From assembly GCA_021824915.1 (NCBI GenBank), contig JAKAJP010000022.1, positions 23,832-87,831 of the forward strand: a stretch of 64,000 nucleotides of DNA, given 5' to 3'. Source of the DNA: a bacterium. GTDB taxonomy: Bacteria; Patescibacteriota; Microgenomatia; UBA8517. Made by a program: the position numbers and the translations under genes. Each line of letters starts with the position of its first letter. Position 1 is the first letter of the stretch. Under the pieces are notes generated by a model. It saw only the letters and a list, made by a program, of their open reading frames with translations. It did no database searches and was not told where the DNA came from. Below are positions 56,314 through 64,000 of this stretch, piece after piece.

Positions 56314-57803
56314 TGCTTTGTAGTAAACAAAATCATAGGATCGGTTAAGTTTGTATCCTCACCCTGACAACTTTTACTTATCCGGTCTTCAGTATAGCGT
56401 TTATAATCCGGCAAAACCAAACCCAAAACCCCGAAATTCACATCCGTTCTTCCAACTTTAGATAGTGGAAAAGCAACCGTATAAACTGGAATATCTTTTT
56501 GTGGGTGTTTGAGTTTAAGTTTATCTAACCAAATTAGATACCTGTAACCCAGATCATATCCTGGATCCGTTATGTAAGAAATTGAAACACAATCGAAACG
56601 CCTTTCCAAAGAATCCTTTTTAATAAAATCAATTAGGGCTTTCCTTTCTACATATCCATTCCCGTTTTCTGCATAGGTAAAAAGCCTATAAAAACTCACT
56701 CCCAGGAAAAGCGCCAGAGCAACAAATACTAACCACTTTAGCCCTTTGAGATTGTAAATGAAGTTAATTGAAAGTGCAGTTGAGGTCAACCAAACAATAT
56801 TTAACCCGTTAAAGTAATATTCGGAAAGGGAAATTTTGCTAAAAGTAAAAAACAAAACGTAAGCCAGAGTCCACACACCAATTACAGCTCCAATTTTCCA
56901 ATATCCTCTATTTTTAAGGAACGCAAAAAAAGTTACAAATGTAAGAACAAAAAACGGCAGAGTATCAGGAACCAGTGGTGTCTTTCTTATAAAAATCCGG
57001 GTTGTGTTTTTATAGACAATATCAGCAACTTTCCAAAATTGATCGGAAAAGGTGTTATTAAGACCGGCGTTGTTTAGATTTTTTCCTTCAATCGCCAAGG
57101 TTATTGCCCGACTCTGCTGAAATCCGTGCCGTGTCTCAAAAAATAAAAAGGGTAAAGCAACAATAAAAAAAACAACCAAACCAGTTAAAACCCACTTAAA
57201 ATTAATTTTTCTCTTTGACAACACAATAGCAACAGGGATCGCAACTGAAGGAATTGCCAGGGCAAAGTTTATATTCCAAATAAACCCAATAAGTCCAAAG
57301 GAAAGAATGTATCCCAGCTTTTTATTTTTAATAATCAAATAAAGGGAATAAAGATACCAAATACCCCACAACGAAACCGGCATTGTTGGAACAACCTCCT
57401 GATTGTTAAGCACGAAGTAATAAGACACGGAATACAAAAAAGCCCCGATCAAACCGATTTTATTATCAAAAATTCTCGAAAAAACAAAATAAATACTTAC
57501 TATTGTCAAAACCGACAAGAATGTTACAAGCGCAATCCCGCCGATTGGATTCATCCCAAAAATTAAATAGAAAGGAACAATAAGGTAGTAAAACACAGAA
57601 CCAATAAAAACTCCGGGAACGCTTGTTTCTTGTCCAATAAGCCTCAAATGACCGCTTAGAACGTCACGTACGAACCAACCAATGAGATCTTGATCATGCG
57701 AGTATGTAAAGCGAGGAACAACTCTATAAAGACGCAGGAAAAGGCCAATGGCAATTATCAAAATCAGAATCCAGTTTTTCTTGAAAAATTTTATAAGCTT
57801 CAT
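56310..57803 (-). CDS. GT-C fold membrane glycosyltransferase, ArnT-like 'DQxRD' subfamily
   Basis: 'FTYSHDQDLIGWFVRDV', about 12 TM helices, C-terminal soluble domain. ATGA overlaps on both sides. Confidence 0.5.
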   Translation of the reverse strand: MKLIKFFKKNWILILIIAIGLFLRLYRVVPRFTYSHDQDLIGWFVRDVLSGHLRLIGQETSVPGVFIGSVFYYLIVPFYLIFGMNPIGGIALVTFLSVLTIVSIYFVFSRIFDNKIGLIGAFLYSVSYYFVLNNQEVVPTMPVSLWGIWYLYSLYLIIKNKKLGYILSFGLIGFIWNINFALAIPSVAIPVAIVLSKRKINFKWVLTGLVVFFIVALPFLFFETRHGFQQSRAITLAIEGKNLNNAGLNNTFSDQFWKVADIVYKNTTRIFIRKTPLVPDTLPFFVLTFVTFFAFLKNRGYWKIGAVIGVWTLAYVLFFTFSKISLSEYYFNGLNIVWLTSTALSINFIYNLKGLKWLVFVALALFLGVSFYRLFTYAENGNGYVERKALIDFIKKDSLERRFDCVSISYITDPGYDLGYRYLIWLDKLKLKHPQKDIPVYTVAFPLSKVGRTDVNFGVLGLVLPDYKRYTEDRISKSCQGEDTNLTDPMILFTTKQ

Positions 57804-59338
57804 TTAATTCTGATCCTTTCCTGAACAGTTATACCACCAAATTTTTCTTCCTTGATCACGTGCCCAATCCCTTTTTGTCTATCGAGCCAGGCGTTCAAAC
57901 GCTCCGGATGCGGCGGGTCAACTTCATATAAGGTATATAAGAGAACGGCCCGATTCGAATCGGGAAGTTTATGATATTTATAAGTCCCCAGCCATTGAAA
58001 TAAATAGTTGTACGCATAGGGGATAACCGGAGGTACATAAACATCCACATTAAAACTTCTTTCACCTGCATCTTTATATATCCAGTCTATCGCCTGTTTT
58101 TGATCGAAAAATAAAATTGATTCGGATGAGCTCGTTGTTTTTAATCTTGGCAAAATAATCGACAGGTTGGCAAAAAGAAAAAGGTAAAGAAAATAAAGAA
58201 CAAATAATTTACCGATCTTAAACCTCCAGATATCACCCAAGACAAGCGAGAGAAGAAGAACAAAGATTAGATAATACCCAGTCATATAATAATCGTATAA
58301 AACACCTTCGTTGCCCTGGAAAAAATAAAGTCCGATAACAGGAGAAATCAAAAGAAGAATTAAAATAACGTAGCCTTTGTTTTTGATATATTTGGGTAAG
58401 TTAATTAAAAACCAAAGCGCCGCTATTCCCAAAACAATCTTTTCTAAAGTTCCGCGGAAGTCAAAAATCAGTTTGGTAAAAACGTTGTAATAAAAATTAG
58501 TCCGGTCTAAAAATAACGATTTGATGGATACCGAAAAACTCTTTTCGGTGACAAATGTTTGGTAAAAATTGTTGGCCAAAATATGCCCGTGTTTGAAATC
58601 AAAAAATACAAGCGGAGCGAAAGTTACTGCAAAAAGAAAAATTGATAAAATAAGATTTTTAAGATCCGGTAAATTTTTTCTTTGCCAAATTGCAAAGGTT
58701 ATGACGGCGGGTACATAAAAAAGTTCTCCTGAACTTCCGAAATTAAACAGCGAAAGACCGATACAAAAAGAAATTACCGGCCAACCCCATTTCTTTCCTT
58801 CGGTTACCTTTAACATCGACCAAACCAAGATCATCGAAAGAACAAGCATTGGGGTAGGGTTACTTAACCACTTTGAACCGGTAACAATATAAAAAGAAAA
58901 AGAGGCGATAGTGGCTGCAATTATCCCCGCAATCCTTCCTTGAATTTTCATGCCAAGGTAGTAAATAAACCCAACAGAAATTATTGATGTAAGAATTAAA
59001 AAGATATCAGGATAGATAGGACTTCCTCTACCAAGAAAGTAAAACGGCGCAATTAAGTAGTAATAATAAGGTCCTCTAAAAATTCCGGCTAAACCAGTGG
59101 TCGGTCCTATCAAAAACCATTTGTGGTTATTCAAAAAATCCCAGATGATGAGAGCGTCCCGCCCCTGATCATAATAAAAACCCAGAAGATCGTTTATTCT
59201 ATAAACACGGATGGCGAATGCGGCAGTTAAAATTAGCGCTAAAAGAGAATAAACAAATGGACGGTTTTTAATCTCTTTAAGAAGTTTTTTGAGCATACTT
59301 TCTGGCGGTTGCCAAAACTTTCTTGGTAGCCTCACCAA
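57800..59338 (-). CDS. GT-C fold membrane glycosyltransferase, ArnT-like 'DQxRD' subfamily
   Basis: 'GFYYDQGRDALIIWD', 'GPYYYYLIAPFY', C-terminal 'GGITVQERIRIK' (shared with 39259..40791). Confidence 0.5.
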   Translation of the reverse strand: MVRLPRKFWQPPESMLKKLLKEIKNRPFVYSLLALILTAAFAIRVYRINDLLGFYYDQGRDALIIWDFLNNHKWFLIGPTTGLAGIFRGPYYYYLIAPFYFLGRGSPIYPDIFLILTSIISVGFIYYLGMKIQGRIAGIIAATIASFSFYIVTGSKWLSNPTPMLVLSMILVWSMLKVTEGKKWGWPVISFCIGLSLFNFGSSGELFYVPAVITFAIWQRKNLPDLKNLILSIFLFAVTFAPLVFFDFKHGHILANNFYQTFVTEKSFSVSIKSLFLDRTNFYYNVFTKLIFDFRGTLEKIVLGIAALWFLINLPKYIKNKGYVILILLLISPVIGLYFFQGNEGVLYDYYMTGYYLIFVLLLSLVLGDIWRFKIGKLFVLYFLYLFLFANLSIILPRLKTTSSSESILFFDQKQAIDWIYKDAGERSFNVDVYVPPVIPYAYNYLFQWLGTYKYHKLPDSNRAVLLYTLYEVDPPHPERLNAWLDRQKGIGHVIKEEKFGGITVQERIRIK

Positions 59339-60269
59339 ACGGAATACCCCTCAATACCGCAGCTCCGGCCTGTTTATGTCCGCCACCACCCAACTCATTA
59401 GCAATCTTTGAGATATCAAAACCCATCTTGGCTCTAAAACTTACATTCAAGAAATTCTTCTTTTCTTCAACCATTATCATCCCAAAATCCGCACCCTGAA
59501 CCGAAGCCGCGTAAAGTCCGGCCGCCATACTTTTAATACCAAAGGATCCTGGATATTGCGAAATCTCTTCAAATGGGACAGCCGACCAAACAAACCTATT
59601 CTCTTTATCAATTTGCATATTCTTAGTTATTTCCGTCATCGCTTTAACCATATCAAAATTAAGATTTCTAAAAATATTGGAGATAATTTTATTTTTATCA
59701 GCGCCCAGCTCCATCAATTTCACAAAAATTTTGGCAGTATCCACATCCGCACTCGAGTGTTCTAAGCAAGATGTATCATAAATAATTCCCGTCAGGAGAT
59801 CCTCAGCAGTCTCCCCATCTACGAGAACTCCCCAATCGTCAAAAATTTTATATAAAATTTCAGATGTTGAACTCCTTTCCTCATCAACCAAATTTATTAC
59901 TCCAAACTTTTCATTCGTAAAATGATGATCAATATTAATTTTTTTAATCGATGGCTTTTTTTCTTTTCCAAATCCAAGGACTTGACTCCACTCTGCTGAA
60001 TCAAGAATTATAAACAAATCGTACGGCGAGAAATCAAAATTATCATAGTCAATTTTCTTAACTACATCTGATGATTTTAAGAACTTTGAATCACCCGAAA
60101 CATTATCCGGACAAACTATTTCAACCTCCTTGTCCATTCCCAACAATATTTTTCTCATGGCAAGAGCTGAACCCACACTATCCGGGTCCGGACTTCTATG
60201 GCAATTAAGTAAAATCCTTTTTGCCTTTTTAATTTCCTCTAATACTTTTGGTGATAAATCGTAATTCAT
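59277..60269 (-). CDS. nrnA: DHH-family phosphoesterase, NrnA-like (oligoribonuclease / pAp phosphatase)
   Basis: DHH motifs 'HRSPDPDSVGSA', 'DHH' (NIDHHFTN) and DHHA1 'GGGGH'; 330 aa. Confidence 0.75.
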   Translation of the reverse strand: MNYDLSPKVLEEIKKAKRILLNCHRSPDPDSVGSALAMRKILLGMDKEVEIVCPDNVSGDSKFLKSSDVVKKIDYDNFDFSPYDLFIILDSAEWSQVLGFGKEKKPSIKKINIDHHFTNEKFGVINLVDEERSSTSEILYKIFDDWGVLVDGETAEDLLTGIIYDTSCLEHSSADVDTAKIFVKLMELGADKNKIISNIFRNLNFDMVKAMTEITKNMQIDKENRFVWSAVPFEEISQYPGSFGIKSMAAGLYAASVQGADFGMIMVEEKKNFLNVSFRAKMGFDISKIANELGGGGHKQAGAAVLRGIPFGEATKKVLATARKYAQKTS

Positions 60270-61813
60270 TTTGTATGTATCAATTTATAAACAGTTACCC
60301 CATCAACTATCCAACTATTCTCTATTTTACTCCATCCGAAGTTGGCAACCTCTGCCTGAGGTGCGTTAACCGGATTACATTTTGATTGTTCTTTTTCACA
60401 AACAACAAAAAGTTGGCTTGTAATAGTACTCGGGACTTGTGCATCAATATCGATAACTTTGTCACCGTTCTTAATTAGAAAATATTTATAACCATCCGGA
60501 TAATTTCTTTCGGCAATTACAGCCACATTAAACTCGCGGCCGCCCGCTTCCTGTTCTATTTTCCCAGCCACATCTTCTGCACGCTTTAGCTGATAATTTG
60601 GTGGGTATTTCAGAGGGCTATTATAGACATTTACACCGATGAGACCCGCAAAAACAACTCCCAAGAAAGGTATTACCCTTTTATATGATGAAAGAAATTG
60701 AAAACATGCACCCAGAAGAATAAACATGGCCGCAAAAATAAATCCGAAATAATGGTCATAAATTTGTTGTTTATATAACCCTAAACCGATAAGCGCAAAT
60801 GCGAGCCATAAAAACAAGAGATAGTAATTTGTATTTTGCAAATAACGCTTTCGGAAGATAAATAAAATACCAACAAAGACGGCCAAAATCACCGAAACGA
60901 CAACGCCAACAACGACATTCTTTGCGCTTATTAAGCTGTCGCTTATCTGAGCAAAAATAACTGGGATAACCGGAATTGCGTTCCATGGTTTTATTGAAAC
61001 TGTGGCCTGTCTCTCTGTAAAAAATTTATAAATTGCTCTGGAATTTATCCAATTATGTCTGATATCAAAAAATAACAGTGGCGACATTAGAAGTAAAAAT
61101 ATAATCGAAGCAAAAATAGAATAACGAATCAGGTTAATTCTTTGTTGCCTTTCTTTCCAAACTCTTAAAAGAACAAACAACCAAAATATAAAAATTGTTG
61201 GAACAAGTAAAAGGCCAAGGTAGTGGGATTGTAATACAAAGGCAAACGCAAAGCCGGTGACCAAAAGCCACTTAAATTGGTTAAACTTCCAAACGCGCCA
61301 GACAGAATAAATGGTTAAAAGCGAAAAGAAAGGCATGATGTTCGGGTTCCATGAACTTCTGGAATAAACAATTATCGTCGGAGCTACCGCGTAGAGAGCG
61401 GCGGATGTAACTCCCGCCACTTTACCAAACCATTCACGCCCCACCCACCAAACAAAAACTATTGTAATAATTCCCAAGATAGCAATTTCAATAGCAGGAC
61501 CGACTGGCGAAAAATTGGCGACTAAAAGGGCGGGAGCCATAAAATAGTAATAAAGCGGGCCTAAATACATATTCCCTATTGAAGTCCCCGGGCCAATTAG
61601 TGGGGGGTGACCTTCCACCAAAAGACGCCTGACAGTTATTACATCACGACCTTCATCTCCCAAGAATGTCATATAGGCATCAATTTTGTAAAGCCGACAA
61701 AAAGCCCCGACAACTAGAATTGCCAGAAGAACATAAAACTCAACCGGATTTTTCTTAATCCAATTCTTAATACTTAACATATAATTCTTCATGTTTATTT
61801 TAATTTTCGCCAA
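60266..61813 (-). CDS. GT-C fold membrane glycosyltransferase, ArnT-like 'DQxRD' subfamily
   Basis: 'FLGDEGRDVITVRRL', 'GPLYYYFMAPAL', about 12 TM helices, C-terminal soluble domain with two Cys. Confidence 0.5.
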   Translation of the reverse strand: MAKIKINMKNYMLSIKNWIKKNPVEFYVLLAILVVGAFCRLYKIDAYMTFLGDEGRDVITVRRLLVEGHPPLIGPGTSIGNMYLGPLYYYFMAPALLVANFSPVGPAIEIAILGIITIVFVWWVGREWFGKVAGVTSAALYAVAPTIIVYSRSSWNPNIMPFFSLLTIYSVWRVWKFNQFKWLLVTGFAFAFVLQSHYLGLLLVPTIFIFWLFVLLRVWKERQQRINLIRYSIFASIIFLLLMSPLLFFDIRHNWINSRAIYKFFTERQATVSIKPWNAIPVIPVIFAQISDSLISAKNVVVGVVVSVILAVFVGILFIFRKRYLQNTNYYLLFLWLAFALIGLGLYKQQIYDHYFGFIFAAMFILLGACFQFLSSYKRVIPFLGVVFAGLIGVNVYNSPLKYPPNYQLKRAEDVAGKIEQEAGGREFNVAVIAERNYPDGYKYFLIKNGDKVIDIDAQVPSTITSQLFVVCEKEQSKCNPVNAPQAEVANFGWSKIENSWIVDGVTVYKLIHTK

Positions 61814-62499
61814 AGCCGGAATAGATCAATAAAACTCTTTATGATCACATTGATATTTCTTCCGGTTCCGGCTCCTTTTGTTCGGGGATAATGCGTAACA
61901 GGAACCTCGGCAAACCTAAATCCTTTTTTCTTTGCTTTAATCAAAAGCTCACTGCTAATGAATGCTCCCCGCTGGCTTTCAAGCTTTGGAATTTTATCTA
62001 TTACCTCTTTTCTAATCAGCTTAAAACCGCAATCAATATCGTGGACTTTCAATCCAAAAAGAATAAACACCGCAAGCTCCCAAAGGCGGCTGGTTAATAT
62101 CTTGAATTTGGAAACCCGTCGTTTTTTATAATAACCAATCACCAAATCCGCCCCAGCCTCTTCCTGCTTCTCAAAAAATTTATTAATTTCTGAAAAATCG
62201 AATTGTCCGTCGGAATCAGTAAAGGCAATCCAATTATATTTTGAATTATAAAAACCATCTGCGAGGGTTGCCCCATAGCCCAAATTTGTTTCATGACTTA
62301 TAACCTTAATCCGCGGGTCACTTTTGGATAAATCTATGGCAATTTTTTGAGTCGAGTCACTACTCCCATCGTTAACTATTATTAACTCCCACTTTTCCGT
62401 CATTTTTTGCAGGATATCCTTTGTATTCAAGACAACTTTACTAATTATTCCTTCTTCGTTGTACGTTGGTAAAAAGACGGAAAGTTCCTTAATTTTCAT
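61795..62499 (-). CDS. GT2 polyprenol-phosphate sugar synthase, DPM1-like (soluble type)
   Basis: 'LSVFLPTYNEEGII', 'LIIVNDGSSDST', 'TDSDGQF', 'DIDCGFKLIR'. Confidence 0.65.
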   Translation of the reverse strand: MKIKELSVFLPTYNEEGIISKVVLNTKDILQKMTEKWELIIVNDGSSDSTQKIAIDLSKSDPRIKVISHETNLGYGATLADGFYNSKYNWIAFTDSDGQFDFSEINKFFEKQEEAGADLVIGYYKKRRVSKFKILTSRLWELAVFILFGLKVHDIDCGFKLIRKEVIDKIPKLESQRGAFISSELLIKAKKKGFRFAEVPVTHYPRTKGAGTGRNINVIIKSFIDLFRLWRKLK

Positions 62500-62550
62500 G
62501 ATTCAACCTCAAGTCTAGCATACGCATAACCTCCATGCTAATATTGGAAT

Positions 62551-63711
62551 ATGGCTGGAAAAATAAAAAATCTGGTTGCGGTAGCCCTTATATCACTTGT
62601 TCCCACCATCCTAATCTGGCTGCCGTTCTTCCTACGGCTACCTTCGTTTTGGAACATTCCACTACCCACCAACGGGCTTGCCACAATCGTTTCCAATTAC
62701 GACGGCCCACTATACTTAGTCGCCGCAAAAACGCTTTACAATAAAAGTGCAATTGAGGCAAATTTCCAATTCCCGCTCCCGGCCGAATACTACACGGCCC
62801 ACTTCCCCCTTTTTCCCCTTCTAATAAGACTGGTCGGTGTGGTCACAAACTATCCTTATGCAATGCTTATTATCACACTTCTCTCCTCCATCCTCGCCAT
62901 CCACTTCTTCTATAAATTAATAGGAAAATACGTTGACAAAAAAGACGCTTTTTTTCTGACAATACTCTTTTCAGTCTTCCCGGCAAGGTGGCTTATTGTC
63001 CGATCGGTTGGTGGAGCCGACCCATTGTTTGTTGCGTCAATCATCGCTTCAATCTATTACTTCAAAGAAAAAAGATATTTATATGCAGGGCTTTGGGGAG
63101 CGGTTGCCCAGTTAACAAAATCTCCAGGAATACTTTTATTCATCTCCTATTTCATCTTCCTACTAATTCCCTTTATTCGTAGAAAAATCGCAGTGACGGG
63201 AAATAAATTACTTGAGAACCTGGATCTAAAAAGAACTTATCCCCTACTTTTGATACCACTCGCCCTTCTTGCAGTATTTGGATTCTATAAAATCACACAA
63301 GGAAGCTTTCTTGCCTACTTCCATTCAGGGGACAACATTCATCTTTTCTTCCCTCCTTTCCAGATTTTTAACTATTCGGCTCCATGGGTCGGCACTTTCT
63401 GGCTCGAAGAAGTCATCTTTATTTATCTAATAGGAGCGGTCGGTGTCTATCGGCTTTTTGCAAAACAGGAATATGAACTAGCAACTTTCTCGGCCGTGTT
63501 TTTCTTCTTAACCCTATTCATAGCACATAGAGACTTAATGCGATATTCCCTACCGTTATTTCCATTCCTCTACGTAGCGTTCGCTGATGTTCTAATCAAA
63601 AAAGAATTCAAGCTCGCGCTCATTATAATCGTTATTCCTATATATCTTTTTTCTTTAAGCTTTATTTCCCAAAACGTGATGCCAATAAGCAATTGGGCGC
63701 CGTTTTTATAA
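62551..63711 (+). CDS. GT-C fold membrane glycosyltransferase, PIG-V/mannosyltransferase-2-like (paralog of 20300..21448)
   Basis: 'YDGPLYLVAAKTLY' and 'YTAHFPLFPLLIRLVGVV' parallel 'FDGEHYIALAREGY…YYFFPLFPLLIRFF' in 20300..21448; about 10 TM helices. Confidence 0.5.
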   Translation: MAGKIKNLVAVALISLVPTILIWLPFFLRLPSFWNIPLPTNGLATIVSNYDGPLYLVAAKTLYNKSAIEANFQFPLPAEYYTAHFPLFPLLIRLVGVVTNYPYAMLIITLLSSILAIHFFYKLIGKYVDKKDAFFLTILFSVFPARWLIVRSVGGADPLFVASIIASIYYFKEKRYLYAGLWGAVAQLTKSPGILLFISYFIFLLIPFIRRKIAVTGNKLLENLDLKRTYPLLLIPLALLAVFGFYKITQGSFLAYFHSGDNIHLFFPPFQIFNYSAPWVGTFWLEEVIFIYLIGAVGVYRLFAKQEYELATFSAVFFFLTLFIAHRDLMRYSLPLFPFLYVAFADVLIKKEFKLALIIIVIPIYLFSLSFISQNVMPISNWAPFL

Positions 63712-63712
63712 C

Positions 63713-64000
63713 TTAGTAGCTATCTACAAACCTTACCCTGTCGATATAAATAAGTTTTTTGGAGTCAATAACTTCAACCGTCTCATCATAAGTTGCAAAC
63801 ACATTTTTCAATTTTCTAAATTCTTCCTCTTTCATCCAGATATTCTCCCCCTCCAAAACTTTAGCTTTTAATTTTCCACCGACACCGTCCACCCGAAAAA
63901 CCCAGAAATATTTATCCTCAAGTAATTTTCCCTTCTTATGAAAATGGTGATAATGAACAATCCCTTTGAGCGTAAAGTCTCCTGTTAATCCAGTTTCCTC
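63713..64000 (-). CDS. hypothetical protein, 3' end only (gene continues beyond window)
   Basis: Manual translation of the minus strand from 64000 gives a 95-codon stop-free frame (…GIVHYHHFHKKGKLLEDKYFWVFRVDGVGGKLKAKVLEGENIWMKEEEF…VDSY*) ending at TAA 63713-63715. It is absent from the ORF track only because the start lies outside the window. Confidence 0.4.
   Translation of the reverse strand, partial: EETGLTGDFTLKGIVHYHHFHKKGKLLEDKYFWVFRVDGVGGKLKAKVLEGENIWMKEEEFRKLKNVFATYDETVEVIDSKKLIYIDRVRFVDSY

Noticed and set aside
1-64000. Search for CRISPR arrays, tRNA/rRNA genes, transposases, integrases or phage genes
   Set aside because: No direct-repeat/spacer periodicity, tRNA-like cloverleaf candidates in the few intergenic gaps, or transposase/integrase-like ORFs were seen. 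The island shows no mobile-element hallmarks in this window.

Overview
This window is an AT-rich, very gene-dense stretch with about 57 coding genes, 54 of them on the minus strand and many linked by ATGA or TAATG stop/start overlaps. I found no rRNA, tRNA, CRISPR array, transposase or integrase. It looks like a Candidate Phyla Radiation (Patescibacteria/Microgenomates-type) genome; this is inferred from gene content and style, not proven.

Almost the whole 64 kb is one large cell-surface glycan and glycosylation island:
- About 20 polytopic GT-C-fold membrane glycosyltransferases in several subfamilies: ArnT/PMT(GT39/GT83)-like, a second ArnT-like 'DQxRD' subfamily, two PF10131 'PTPS-related' proteins, one 807-aa YfhO-like protein, two PIG-V-like paralogs and one ALG6/GT87-like protein. 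Together they take up roughly half of the DNA.
- About 10 GT2 enzymes, including three DPM1/GtrB-like polyprenol-phosphate-sugar synthases, and 5 GT4 enzymes.
- Two Wzx-type flippases.
- Three class-I SAM methyltransferases.
- Sugar-nucleotide tailoring genes: Gmd plus a truncated Fcl for GDP-fucose, a PseB/CapD-like 4,6-dehydratase, an SDR epimerase, and an unusual DegT-aminotransferase fused to an FdtA-like 3,4-ketoisomerase.

Genes not obviously tied to glycan synthesis are an ornithine carbamoyltransferase (one of only three plus-strand genes), an NrnA-like DHH phosphoesterase embedded in a GT-C operon, and a small hypothetical block at 53.2-55.5 kb that includes a possible caspase-like protein.

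The candidate novel system is a multi-step extracytoplasmic glycosylation pathway that uses lipid-linked monosaccharides. It has a tandem array of eight back-to-back GT-C genes and a repertoire resembling eukaryotic ER-lumen glycan assembly (PIG-V-, ALG6- and PMT-like enzymes). A secreted Pro/Thr/Ser-rich protein encoded inside the cluster is a possible acceptor. All family assignments come from motif recognition by eye and need HMM or structure-based confirmation.
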